Positions 27,426-36,459 of a DNA stretch of 64,000 nucleotides are shown here, in pieces. The notes beneath the pieces were generated by a model. It had not been told where the DNA came from, did not search any database, and saw nothing but the letters and a program-made list of their open reading frames with translations. The stretch's first letter is position 1. Each line of letters opens with the position of its first letter. A program made the translations under genes and the position numbers. This DNA is from a virus (taxonomy: Duplodnaviria > Caudoviricetes), in the IMG/VR virus record IMGVR_UViG_2540341035_000003, positions 1,940 through 65,939 of that record. One strand, given 5' to 3'.

Positions 27426-27568
27426 TGTCGGCCGCCGGAGCGCTCCTAGCGGCCCCGTTCATCGTATCCGCCGCCGTTCTAGGCGGCGCGCTCCTCTGGT
27501 GCCGCGGCCTGTTCCCGTTGGTGGTCACCACGCTCGGCGCCGGCCTCGTCTGGGTGCTCGTCGTATGA
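27425..27568 (+). CDS. Small membrane protein (47 aa)
   Basis: TGATG and ATGA overlaps; wholly hydrophobic. Confidence 0.5.
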   Translation: MSAAGALLAAPFIVSAAVLGGALLWCRGLFPLVVTTLGAGLVWVLVV

Positions 27569-28122
27569 GCGCCTCATTCCCTTCGCGCTTCGGCGCGTCC
27601 GACCTCGACCAGGGCCTCCGCAGGACTGCCCTGTGCGGACCCCGTACGCCGGGCATGGGCCGAGAAAGCCCCGGCAACTCTTCATCGCGTGCCATCGCCG
27701 TCGCCAGTGTCGGGGCTGCGGCCTCGGTGGCGGTCTCCAGCGTGGAGCCCACCGTGATCGATGCTCGCTCTCTCCTGACGCTCGGCTCAGCGTGCCGCCG
27801 GGCCGCGATGGCGTTCGCCGTTCAGTCCGCCGCTCTGGGCCGGGCCGCGCGCTCTGCCGGTCGTATCGAGCCGCAGGAGGCCATCGAGGCCGCGCAGCAC
27901 GCCTTCGATATGGAGCGCGCGGCCCAGCACCTTCAGGCCGAGGCGCAGGACGCCGAGCTGCTGTCCTGGCTTGCCCATCGTGCGGCCGGTGGCTCGGTGA
28001 TCCTGGTCGCTGCGCGGCCAGTCGTCGTTGCGCGGGATGAGCGTGCCCCGGAAGCGGTGACGCTCGTTCAGCGCCTGGGCCGTGTGGTCCAGCGCCTGCC
28101 CGTATTCCGGCGGGCTGCCTGA
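27565..28122 (+). CDS. Hypothetical phage protein
   Basis: ATG at 27565 coupled to the upstream stop. Confidence 0.55.
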   Translation: MSASFPSRFGASDLDQGLRRTALCGPRTPGMGRESPGNSSSRAIAVASVGAAASVAVSSVEPTVIDARSLLTLGSACRRAAMAFAVQSAALGRAARSAGRIEPQEAIEAAQHAFDMERAAQHLQAEAQDAELLSWLAHRAAGGSVILVAARPVVVARDERAPEAVTLVQRLGRVVQRLPVFRRAA

Positions 28123-28413
28123 TATGACGATCTGCGCGCCCATGATCTCACCGGTCGGGCCTCGTGCCCGCGCGCAGGATACCGCCCGGATCGTCGCGCC
28201 GTCATGGCGCCTACGGGCCCGGTCAACCATTCGTTTTTCCCCTCGCTCTGTTGCGTTCCTCGCCGGAGCTGAGGCGCCCCGCGGCCTGCTATTGAGACTC
28301 GGACCCGCCGCGGGGTCCGCCCTTTCCGCACCTCTGCCGTCGTGCCTGCCAGCTGCTGGCCGGGGTGCTCTTCGTGTGTCTGCACAGGTTCTCCACACCC
28401 TGGGAGATCGCTG

Positions 28414-28830
28414 ATGTCGGCCGCCTCCTGCATCCCTGGCCCGTCCTCATCCCCGATGTTCACAGCATCGGGGAATGACATGCGGAAGTCTGGGTCCAGC
28501 GATACCCAAGGATGGGTGATTGAGCCCCAAAGATGGGTGGCGCAGTGGCGCCAGATCCATCCGGTGAAGGCGGCGCAGTGCGTCGCCGAGGCGATCAACG
28601 CGCCCGCGCGGACGGTCGAGAAGTGGTTCAGCGGAGAGGCCAAGCCCTCGCTGGATTACGTCGGGCCGATCCTGAACCGCTACGGCTTGGCCTTCGTCGT
28701 CGGCGCCATGGCGAACCCGGTGCCCTGGCTCGACGACCTCGCCCGCGAAGAGCGGAAGCTGAAGCTCCTGGCTGAGCGGCGGGCCATCGACGAGATGCTG
28801 GCCGAGGACTTCCGGAGGGCGTCGCGATGA
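28414..28830 (+). CDS. CII-like HTH protein (start 28414 or 28480)
   Basis: HPVKAAQCVAEAINAPARTVEKWFSGEAKPS; position downstream of cro. Confidence 0.6.
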   Translation: MSAASCIPGPSSSPMFTASGNDMRKSGSSDTQGWVIEPQRWVAQWRQIHPVKAAQCVAEAINAPARTVEKWFSGEAKPSLDYVGPILNRYGLAFVVGAMANPVPWLDDLAREERKLKLLAERRAIDEMLAEDFRRASR

Positions 28831-29060
28831 GGCCGATCCGCTTTCATGTCCTGCGCCTGCTCGAGTGGGTCGCCCAGCTGGACGAGGCCCGGGCCAACGC
28901 CCGCATCCGCTCGATCGTCGCTTTCCGGAATCGCCGCGCGGACGACGCCAAGCGCTACGGCACCGCCGCGGACGCGATCTGCCCGCCGGCCGAATGGAAT
29001 CCACGCCTCTGGGATCGCGACCAGGATCCTCGCACCGACACCCGGGAGCGCCGGCCGTGA
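28827..29060 (+). CDS. Hypothetical phage protein
   Basis: ATGA and GTGA coupling. Confidence 0.55.
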   Translation: MRPIRFHVLRLLEWVAQLDEARANARIRSIVAFRNRRADDAKRYGTAADAICPPAEWNPRLWDRDQDPRTDTRERRP

Positions 29061-29398
29061 ACACGCCGCTCCGCACCATCGCGACTGACGGGCTGCTGGT
29101 CCCGACGCATGTGATCAATCGGGCAGTCACCGCCTGGCGCATCGCTGCGACCGACGAGATCGCTACCGAAAACCGGGTCACTGTCATCGCCGATGGCGAA
29201 TGCGCCTACGTCACGGTGCCCAACGACTTCTGCCGGGCCGCTACGCCCGTGACCGGCGACTGGCTGCTCATCGGCCGAGACGGCTCGGTCTCGCATCGCC
29301 GCGCCGATGTCTTCGAGGCCGAGAGCCTGCCGGTCCCGCGCGCCAATGCCGGATGCCTCGCCGGCCTGCCCCCGCGCGTCCCCCGCTTCCCCGGCTGA
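29057..29398 (+). CDS. Hypothetical phage protein
   Basis: GTG at 29057; P..GDWLLI..DG motif. Confidence 0.55.
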   Translation: MNTPLRTIATDGLLVPTHVINRAVTAWRIAATDEIATENRVTVIADGECAYVTVPNDFCRAATPVTGDWLLIGRDGSVSHRRADVFEAESLPVPRANAGCLAGLPPRVPRFPG

Positions 29399-29442
29399 AA
29401 GGCCCGCCCACGCGGGGCGTCCCCGCGCGACTGGAGCACACG

Positions 29443-29886
29443 ATGTCCGAACAGCAGCCCGAAACCGGTATCGCCGTCGACTTCACGGTGCAGATCGTCG
29501 CCAGCTACGTCCGCGGCAACCACGTCGCGGCATCCGAGCTGCCGGCGCTGATCGCGTCCGTGCACGCGGCGATCACCGGCCTCGGCCAGACCGCGATACC
29601 GGCTGAGGCCGATGCGACCCGGCCCAGCCAGTCCGAGATCCGCAAGTCGATCCGGCCCGACGGCCTGGTCAGCTTCATCGACGGCCGGTCCTACAAGACC
29701 CTGAAGCGGCACCTCACCCGGCACGGGCTCGACCCGCACGCCTACCGCCAGCGCTTCGGCCTGCCCGCCGACTACCCGACGGTCTGCGCCAGCTACAGCG
29801 CCCAGCGCTCCGTGCTCGCCAAGAACCTCGGCCTCGGTGTCGTCGGCGGCCAGGCCGCCCGGAAGCCGCTCGCCGCGGTCGCCTGA
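29443..29886 (+). CDS. mucR: MucR/Ros family regulator (Ser in place of the first zinc-ligand Cys)
   Basis: TVQIVASYVRGN..ELPALIASVHAA, KSIRPDGLVSFIDGRSYKTLKRHL, YRQRFGLPADYP. Confidence 0.92.
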   Translation: MSEQQPETGIAVDFTVQIVASYVRGNHVAASELPALIASVHAAITGLGQTAIPAEADATRPSQSEIRKSIRPDGLVSFIDGRSYKTLKRHLTRHGLDPHAYRQRFGLPADYPTVCASYSAQRSVLAKNLGLGVVGGQAARKPLAAVA

Positions 29887-29936
29887 TCCACCCCTGATCG
29901 AACCACCAGGCGGGCCAGTCCCGCGAGGAGAGAGTC

Positions 29937-30350
29937 ATGGCCGAGAAGCTGAAAGCGAAGAAGGACACCGGCATCGCGCCGAGCGTGCTGAAGAGCCTGA
30001 TCGACGTGTGCAACTCGCACAAGGGCGACATGGACGAGGCGCGCGGCGAGCTCGGCGCCGCCGTGAAGAAGGCCGAGGACGTGCACGGCGTCCACCGGAA
30101 GGCCTTCAACGACTGCCGCAAGCTCACCCGCATGGAGGACTCGGCTCGGGCCGACTACCTCCGCGCCTTCGACGACTACCGGGCGAAGCTCGATCTCAAC
30201 CCCGCCCCGGATCTGTTCGACGAGGGCAAGGACGGCGATGAGGCCGCGCGCCGCGCGACCCAGGACGCCGCCGCGTCGGAGCAGGACCAGGTGGCCGAGA
30301 ACAAGGCGCGCCTGAAGGGCATCAAGCAGCTCGAGCCGGCGGTGCACTGA
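29937..30350 (+). CDS. GapR (DUF2312)-like nucleoid-associated protein
   Basis: LKSLID..E..G..RKAF..RKL.RM..R..L..D.Y..L spacing aligns by eye with DUF2312. Confidence 0.5.
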   Translation: MAEKLKAKKDTGIAPSVLKSLIDVCNSHKGDMDEARGELGAAVKKAEDVHGVHRKAFNDCRKLTRMEDSARADYLRAFDDYRAKLDLNPAPDLFDEGKDGDEAARRATQDAAASEQDQVAENKARLKGIKQLEPAVH

Positions 30351-30353
30351 GCC

Positions 30354-30869
30354 ATGGCGCTGCCGAAGATCCTCGCCCTCGACCTGGCCACCCGCTTGGG
30401 GTGGGCCTGCGGCTCTCCCGATGGGGAGCCGACCTATGGCTCGAAGCTCCTGCCTTCGACCGGGTCGGACATCGGGCGCTTCGGCGACGCCTACGACCAA
30501 TGGATCCTCGACATGATCACGCTGGAAAGCCCGGCGCTGGTCGTGTTCGAGGCGCCGTTCGTCGGCGGCACCGGCAACGCGAACACGGCTCGCAAGCTGA
30601 TGGGCCTGTGCTGGCAGACCGAGATCGCCTGCTACCGGCGGCAGATCCGCTGCATGGAGCACGGCAACACCAGCGTGAAGAAGATGTTCGCCGGCAACGG
30701 CCGCGCGGAGAAGCACGAGATGATCGCCGCGGCGCAGCGCCATGGCTGGAATCCGAAGGACGATCACGCGGCCGACGCCCTCGGCCTTTGGGCCTGCGCG
30801 GTGCACGAGAGGGCGCCCAAGTATTCGCGCCTGAAGCTCGGCGCCCTCGGCGCGGGGCGGGCCGCATGA
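30354..30869 (+). CDS. RuvC-like Holliday junction resolvase
   Basis: ILALDLATRLGW, VVFEAP, DDHAADALG. Confidence 0.85.
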   Translation: MALPKILALDLATRLGWACGSPDGEPTYGSKLLPSTGSDIGRFGDAYDQWILDMITLESPALVVFEAPFVGGTGNANTARKLMGLCWQTEIACYRRQIRCMEHGNTSVKKMFAGNGRAEKHEMIAAAQRHGWNPKDDHAADALGLWACAVHERAPKYSRLKLGALGAGRAA

Positions 30870-31453
30870 CCTGGCCATTCGGCACGCTGCAGCCCTTCGG
30901 CTTCGACATGCTGATGATCGACCCGCCGTGGGCCTTCGCGCTCCGCTCTGAAAAGGGCGAGGCGAAGAGTCCGCAGGCGCAGTACGCCTGCATGCCCCTC
31001 GACGCGATCAAGGCCCTGCCGGTGGCGCAGCTGGCCCGCGGCGACGCCTTCCTCTGGCTCTGGGCCACCAACCCGATGCTGCCGCAGGCGCTCGAGGTGA
31101 TGGCCGCATGGGGCTTCACGTTCACCACCGCCGGCACGTGGGTGACGACCACCTCCGGCGGCAAGCTCGCGTTCGGCACCGGCTACGTGCTGCGCAGCGC
31201 CTCCGAGCCCTTCCTGATCGGCAAGTTCGGCCGGCCGCGCGCTGGGCGATCCGTGCGCAGCGTGATCATGGCGCCGGCTCGCGAGCACAGCCGCAAGCCG
31301 GATGAGGCCTACGCCGCGGCCGAGGCACTGCTGCCGGACGCACTGCGCCGGGCCGACCTTTTCTCGCGCGAGGCCCGTCCGGGCTGGGAGGCCTGGGGCC
31401 ACGAGGTCGGCAAGTTCGACCGGCCCGGGTCCGTCCCCATGGCAGCGGAGTGA
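30866..31453 (+). CDS. MT-A70 family adenine methyltransferase
   Basis: DPPW, LWLWAT, GTGY.LRS..E, REHSRKPDE, LFSR..RPGW..WG. Confidence 0.92.
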   Translation: MTWPFGTLQPFGFDMLMIDPPWAFALRSEKGEAKSPQAQYACMPLDAIKALPVAQLARGDAFLWLWATNPMLPQALEVMAAWGFTFTTAGTWVTTTSGGKLAFGTGYVLRSASEPFLIGKFGRPRAGRSVRSVIMAPAREHSRKPDEAYAAAEALLPDALRRADLFSREARPGWEAWGHEVGKFDRPGSVPMAAE

Positions 31454-31695
31454 CGCCCATGCGCTGGGTTCTCGCCCGATCCGGAACGGTCCTCTACCGC
31501 GGCAGCCGCGAAGACGTGCTGACCGCCGCCGAGCGCTACGGCCTCGTGTGTCACGTCGTGCCGGAGGTGCGGGCCCCGAAGCCCGGCCGCGGCTTCTACG
31601 ACGACGGCGCCGGGATCCCGCCGCGCCTGATGCAGAACGCCGTGATCTTGCCGGAGGAGATGCTGCCGGCCCGGCTCCGGAGGCGCGCAGCATGA
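31450..31695 (+). CDS. Hypothetical phage protein
   Basis: Coupled overlaps on both sides. Confidence 0.55.
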   Translation: MTPMRWVLARSGTVLYRGSREDVLTAAERYGLVCHVVPEVRAPKPGRGFYDDGAGIPPRLMQNAVILPEEMLPARLRRRAA

Positions 31696-33146
31696 GCCGA
31701 GACCCCGACAACGTCGTGGCGTTCCGCACGCCTGCCGACCAGGCCGCGCCGCCACACAACACCGAGGTGGAGCAAGCGCTGCTCGGCCTGGCGATGATGC
31801 GGCCCGAGGTGGTGCCGGCGATCGCGCAGATCGTGCGTCCGGAGCATTTCTTCTTCGCCGACCACCAGGAGGTGTTCGCCTGCATCGAGTCGCTGGTGGC
31901 CGCCGGCTGCCCGCCCACGCCGATCGCGGTGAAGGGTTACCTGCAGCGGCCGCAGATCGGCGACCGCCCGGCCCTAGCCTACCTCGCCGCCTGTGCCGGC
32001 GACACGATGGGCCTCGACGCTACCGGCTACGCCGCGATCGTCCGGGACCTGGCCTCGAAGCGCTCGCTGCTCGGGGTGGCCGAGAAGCTGACCGAGATGG
32101 TGCGCACGTCGCCCCCCGGCACGGCCGCCCAGGCGATCATCGATGAGACCGAGCAGGCGCTGCTCGATGTCCGCGCCATCGTCCCGCAGGCGCACCTCGC
32201 AGGCCAGTCCGCGCCGGAGGCCAGCCGCTGGATGCTCGATCGCATCAACCAGCTGAGGACCGGCCAAATGGAATCCACCGCGATCTCGACGGGGCTGTCC
32301 GAGCTCGACCGGGTCACGAATGGCGGCTTCCAGCGCGGGCAGCTCTGGCTGCTCGCGGGCCGGCCGGGCATGGGCAAGACGGTCGCAATGACGACACTGT
32401 CCCGGCTCGCCGCGCGCGAGGCTGGCGTGCTCGTCTACCAGTGCGAAGTGACCCGGGATCAGCAGATCGCCCGGTATCTGTCCGATCTCTCGTACGTCCA
32501 CAACCGGCCGCTCACGTTCGGCAAGATCATGGCCGGCGTCGAGATCGACGACGAGGAGGCCTGGAGGATCGAGCAGGCTGCGGCCAGCTTCGACAAGCTC
32601 CACCTGCGCCTGGAATGCGAGCCTGGCGTCACGGTCGCGCAGATCGCGTTCGGGGTGAAAGCGGAGAAGCGGCGGCTGGCCAAGATCGGCGTGCGCCTCG
32701 GCGTCGTGTTCGTCGACTACCTGAAATTCATCAAGGTCTCGGACCGCTACCAGGGCCAGCGCGTGCTGGAGATCGGCGAGATCTCGGGCGCCCTGAAGCA
32801 GCTGGCGAAGGCCGAGGACATCTGCGTCGTCCTGCTCGCTCAGCTGAACCGCGGGGTCGAGAAGCAGGAGCGCGAGGATCGTCGGCCCACCCCGGCCGAC
32901 CTCCGGGATTCGGGCGAGCTGGAGCAGGACGCCGACGCGGTCCTGCTGCTCTTCCGCGAGGCCGTCTACGTCGAGCGCAAGATGAAGGCGTCGCCCACGC
33001 CGGAGCTCGCTGATCGCATGATGCAGGTCCAGCACAAGCTCGAACTGATCCTCGGCAAGAACCGATCCGGGCCGCCCGTCACGCTGCCCCTTTGGTGCGA
33101 CGTCGCCCATTCCGCCATCGCTCAGACATCGAGAGGGGGCTTCTGA
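31692..33146 (+). CDS. dnaB: DnaB-like replicative helicase
   Basis: PPHNTEVEQALLG, LAGRPGMGKT, FVDYL, LLAQLNRGVE, DLRDSGELEQDAD, KNRSGP. Confidence 0.93.
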   Translation: MSRDPDNVVAFRTPADQAAPPHNTEVEQALLGLAMMRPEVVPAIAQIVRPEHFFFADHQEVFACIESLVAAGCPPTPIAVKGYLQRPQIGDRPALAYLAACAGDTMGLDATGYAAIVRDLASKRSLLGVAEKLTEMVRTSPPGTAAQAIIDETEQALLDVRAIVPQAHLAGQSAPEASRWMLDRINQLRTGQMESTAISTGLSELDRVTNGGFQRGQLWLLAGRPGMGKTVAMTTLSRLAAREAGVLVYQCEVTRDQQIARYLSDLSYVHNRPLTFGKIMAGVEIDDEEAWRIEQAAASFDKLHLRLECEPGVTVAQIAFGVKAEKRRLAKIGVRLGVVFVDYLKFIKVSDRYQGQRVLEIGEISGALKQLAKAEDICVVLLAQLNRGVEKQEREDRRPTPADLRDSGELEQDADAVLLLFREAVYVERKMKASPTPELADRMMQVQHKLELILGKNRSGPPVTLPLWCDVAHSAIAQTSRGGF

Positions 33147-34405
33147 TGGCCCGAATCCGCACGATCAAACCCGAGTTCTGGACCGACGAGAAGATCGTCC
33201 AGCTGCCGTTCTCGGCCAGGTTGGTGTTCATCGGCCTCTGGAACTTCGCCGACGACGATGGGCGGATCCGCGATGAGCCGGATCGACTGCGTATGCAGAT
33301 CATGCCGGGCGATCCCGTCGACATGGAACTGGCTCTCGACGTGTTGGTGGCCGCCGAACTGATCGAGCGCTGGTACGGCGACGATGGGTCGGTGGTGCTG
33401 GTGATTCCCGGCTTCGGCCGGCACCAACTCATCTCGCACAAGTCGAAGTCGAAGCTCCCGCTGGATGCCTATCGCAAGGCGGTGATCCCAGTCGCGGCGC
33501 GGCGTCAGGTGGCGCAGAAATACGGGTGCACGCCCGGCAACGAAAACCATCCGGCGGAATGCTACTTCTGCGGCGCGCCAGGCTCGATCTTCTGGCCGAA
33601 ACGGTCCGACGGAAAGCCCAGCTACTGGGTCGCGTTCTCCGGGCTCGAACTTGACCACTTTACTCCGGAGCACTCCGGAGGAGTGACGGACGGTAAAAAC
33701 CTCGTTCTTTCATGTAGATCGTGCAATCGCTCACGCGGCCACGGCAACCCTCACGACTTTTTCCCGGGCAACTCCGGAGGCCTCCGGAATCCTCCCTCTG
33801 GAAGGGAAGGGAATGGAAAGGAGGGGAATAGAAAAGATCCTAAGCCCGCCGCCGCAGAACCTCACCCCACGCGACAGCAGGTCGAAACGTCGGCTGCTCA
33901 GCCCGCCTCGAAGGTCGAGCCGGCGGCGGGGCCGAGCCTGGCCGAGGGCTGGAACACCCGGGCCAACTTCGACCGGGTCGAGGCCCGGGTGCGCTCAGCC
34001 CTCGACGGCGGCCCCCAGGATCTCCGGATCGGCCCGATCGCCAAGCTGGAGGCCGACGGGCTCGACCTAGAGGCCGAGATCGTGCCGGCCCTGCTGGACA
34101 TCGCCGCCTCGTCCCGAATCCCGATTCGGACCTGGACGGTCTACGCCGACCGGGTCGCCGAGCGGGTAGCGGCGCAGCGGCAGAGCCGTGTCGCCCAGGG
34201 TCTGGCCGCAGTGCCGGCAGCCCCAACGCCCGCCGAGGACCTCGTCGACCTCGGCGTCTCGGGACAGTGGCCCGAGCCGACCCTGCGGAAGTGGATCGAG
34301 CGGTTTCGCCAAGACGCCGGCAGCTGGTCGGAGGCCGTGTTCGGCCCGCCCCCGGGCCAGCCTGGATGCCGGATTCCGTCTCGGCTGCTGCTTGAGGCGG
34401 CGTGA
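33146..34405 (+). CDS. Phage replication initiator with internal HNH endonuclease domain
   Basis: MARIRTIKPEFW..GLWNFADDDGR N-terminus; CYFCG..LELDHFTPEHSGG..NLVLSCRSCNRSRG HNH; GREGNGKEG linker. Confidence 0.8.
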   Translation: MARIRTIKPEFWTDEKIVQLPFSARLVFIGLWNFADDDGRIRDEPDRLRMQIMPGDPVDMELALDVLVAAELIERWYGDDGSVVLVIPGFGRHQLISHKSKSKLPLDAYRKAVIPVAARRQVAQKYGCTPGNENHPAECYFCGAPGSIFWPKRSDGKPSYWVAFSGLELDHFTPEHSGGVTDGKNLVLSCRSCNRSRGHGNPHDFFPGNSGGLRNPPSGREGNGKEGNRKDPKPAAAEPHPTRQQVETSAAQPASKVEPAAGPSLAEGWNTRANFDRVEARVRSALDGGPQDLRIGPIAKLEADGLDLEAEIVPALLDIAASSRIPIRTWTVYADRVAERVAAQRQSRVAQGLAAVPAAPTPAEDLVDLGVSGQWPEPTLRKWIERFRQDAGSWSEAVFGPPPGQPGCRIPSRLLLEAA

Positions 34406-34602
34406 TGGTCCGCCACCGGCGCATCTCCGGCTCCGCCCTGCGCTGGGAGCGCATGCACCGGGATGCCGCGAAGGCGCTGGCCGCACAGGCGGCGGAGGCC
34501 ATGGCGGCAGGCCGCGCGACACCCCCCTCTCCTGCGGCGGGAGAGGGGTCGAGGCCGGACGCGCAAGCCGCGCGAACGGGGTCGGGTTCGACTGGAGCGT
34601 AG
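34402..34602 (+). CDS. Small hypothetical protein
   Basis: GTGA overlap with the initiator stop. Confidence 0.4.
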   Translation: MMVRHRRISGSALRWERMHRDAAKALAAQAAEAMAAGRATPPSPAAGEGSRPDAQAARTGSGSTGA

Positions 34603-34603
34603 C

Positions 34604-35467
34604 GTGGGTCGCCAACGGAACCAGAGGCAACGCCTGAAGAGAAAGCTCGAAGCCGAGCGTGCGCACAAAGTGTTCATGCGCCGTGGAGAGATCTTGGAAG
34701 AAGAGCGCGCTCAGCGCGACGAGGCCGATGCGGCGAAGACTGAAGAAGCCAAGGCCGAGCCCACCGAAAGCCCGCAGGAGCGGCACGATCGGGAGCGGCG
34801 GCAGCGTGAGGAGGAACGCATCGCCGCCCGGCGGGCCGAGCACGACCTGCCACCCGGCAAGCAGTGGGCCATGGTGCAGGCCTGCGTCGGCCATACCGGC
34901 GAGCTGTGCGAGAAGCTCCGGAACGCCGGCATTCCGTTCTTCCGGCCCCGGGACGAGATCGAGCAGCGCCTCGCCTCGGGCCGGATCCGCCGCATCCGCA
35001 TGCCGCTGTTCGACCACACGGTGTTCGTGGGGCTGGAGCAGCGTGGCCAGCTGGAGCGCCTGGCCGTCGAGCATCCCTGGCTGATGGAGCGCCGGGTCTA
35101 CGGCACCATGCCGGGACTGCGCCACGATCGCGCGTTCGCTTGGGACGTCGAGCGGATCGCGTACTGCGAGTCGATCCTGGATGAGAACGGCGAGCCACGG
35201 CCTGCCCCCGTCATCGTCCCGGTGACCGTGCCGGACGAGGAGATGCGCAGGTTCGCGGACGTCCTGATCGGGTCGGCCCCGACGATCGACGACCTCGACC
35301 GTATCGAGATCGGCGAGGCGGTGCGGGTGGTCGACGGCCCGTTCGCCAGCTTCGACGGCCTGATCGAGGAGGCCGACGTGGCGCGCGATCGCTACAAGGT
35401 CGCAGTCAGCATCTTCGGCCGGGCCACGCCTGTCGAGCTGGAGCGGCAGCAGTTCGAGCGGGTGTAA
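34604..35467 (+). CDS. NusG-family (NGN+KOW) antiterminator paralog
   Basis: QWAMVQ..PLFDHTVFV NGN; IGEAVRVVDGPFASFDGLIEE..VSIFGRATPVEL KOW; GTG start with GGAG SD. Confidence 0.88.
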   Translation: MGRQRNQRQRLKRKLEAERAHKVFMRRGEILEEERAQRDEADAAKTEEAKAEPTESPQERHDRERRQREEERIAARRAEHDLPPGKQWAMVQACVGHTGELCEKLRNAGIPFFRPRDEIEQRLASGRIRRIRMPLFDHTVFVGLEQRGQLERLAVEHPWLMERRVYGTMPGLRHDRAFAWDVERIAYCESILDENGEPRPAPVIVPVTVPDEEMRRFADVLIGSAPTIDDLDRIEIGEAVRVVDGPFASFDGLIEEADVARDRYKVAVSIFGRATPVELERQQFERV

Positions 35468-35583
35468 GCTTAGGGATTGGGTTGACCGACAAGTTATGGC
35501 AGATGAAAGCTATCTAGCCGTCCTGGGATGCTGAGAATTTCAGACCTGGACAGGTAGATTGTTCACGCTGAGAATGGTGCGGC

Positions 35584-36111
35584 ATGGCTGATAAAACGAA
35601 GCGCGATCTGGATGATTTGGAATGGCTTGTTGAACAGAGGGCAAGGAACCAGAATTCTTCTTTAAGTCTCTACAAGCTATATATTGAATATCAAACCGAA
35701 CTGAGTGACGATGTCGTTTGTGGCAGGTTGTTTCGCGCATTGATCGGCGTAAATTTTTCTTTGTGGCGCTCTGTTTTTCTCAGCGATGTAGACAAAACAG
35801 CTGGTCTGCTTGAGCGAGACGCAGAAATATTCCTAGTCAATCTCATCGAGAATAATGCCGTAGGTTACTCACAGGACAGGGCATCTAACTATTGGACGTT
35901 TAGATATTACGTATCCGCAGCCAGAGATATTTTGCGACGCAAGCGGAAAGAAACAAAGGATTTAGAAATTATACCTAAGCTGCCCAAAGAAAATCCATCA
36001 GGCAGTGCGCATGATTGGTGGGAATTGCACCAAACCGTATTGGATACGACAATCGCTAACTTCACGAGGCACCTTAGCGCTGCTCGCACCAGTGCGAGTG
36101 ACGACGGCTAA
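35584..36111 (+). CDS. Low-GC hypothetical protein (moron)
   Basis: 175 aa, AT-rich codons, aromatic-rich helical sequence. Confidence 0.75.
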   Translation: MADKTKRDLDDLEWLVEQRARNQNSSLSLYKLYIEYQTELSDDVVCGRLFRALIGVNFSLWRSVFLSDVDKTAGLLERDAEIFLVNLIENNAVGYSQDRASNYWTFRYYVSAARDILRRKRKETKDLEIIPKLPKENPSGSAHDWWELHQTVLDTTIANFTRHLSAARTSASDDG

Positions 36112-36143
36112 AGCAATGCAACCGCTGCCGTTCGAATTGCCGC

Positions 36144-36275
36144 TTGACTCGATAAGCTGCTTCTGAATCTATGCGTCCCGCATCGCACGCGGTGCCGGAC
36201 GACCGCCCCCTTCTTGTACTCCCCGGTGAGCTGGGTTGACGGACAAGAGGCTGGGTGACCCGGAGGGCGGTTTCT
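36144..36275 (+). promoter_or_regulatory. Candidate late promoter and structured leader/terminator
   Basis: TTGACT at 36144 (no clean -10); ACCGCCC (36202-36208) pairs with GGGCGGT (36265-36271), followed by TTTCT. Confidence 0.35.
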
Positions 36276-36357
36276 GACCCCCTCTTTGCTACGACTCTGC
36301 CCGCGCCAAACGTGACCGCACCAGTTCGGTCGCCGCGCCGGCAGTCCCATTGCCCTT

Positions 36358-36441
36358 GAGGAAGACGGACGGGCGGACGTCCACCTGGCTGTAACCCAGG
36401 CGCCTTTGGCATGGCGGGTTCGAGCCCTGCCTTCCTCACCA
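36358..36441 (+). tRNA. Prophage-encoded tRNA-Tyr(GTA), non-canonical core
   Basis: GAGGAAG/CTTCCTC acceptor, A73-CCA, GGAC/GTCC D-stem, CCTGG-CTGTAAC-CCAGG anticodon arm, 13-nt variable arm, GCGGG-TTCGAGC-CCTGC T-arm. Confidence 0.85.
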
Positions 36442-36459
36442 CCAGCGCACGGACCTCGC

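Noticed and set aside
30866-31453. MT-A70 methylase as part of a novel restriction or epigenetic system
   Set aside because: Solitary MT-A70 genes are common in alphaproteobacterial prophage replication regions, and no cognate nuclease is adjacent
36190-36323. Possible second phage tRNA ending in GCACCA
   Set aside because: No TTC T-loop and no 7-bp acceptor pairing; treated as structured leader
36074-36442. Minus-strand ORF beginning MVRKAGLEPA
   Set aside because: It is the typical translation of a tRNA reverse complement; the real feature is the tRNA-Tyr at 36358-36441
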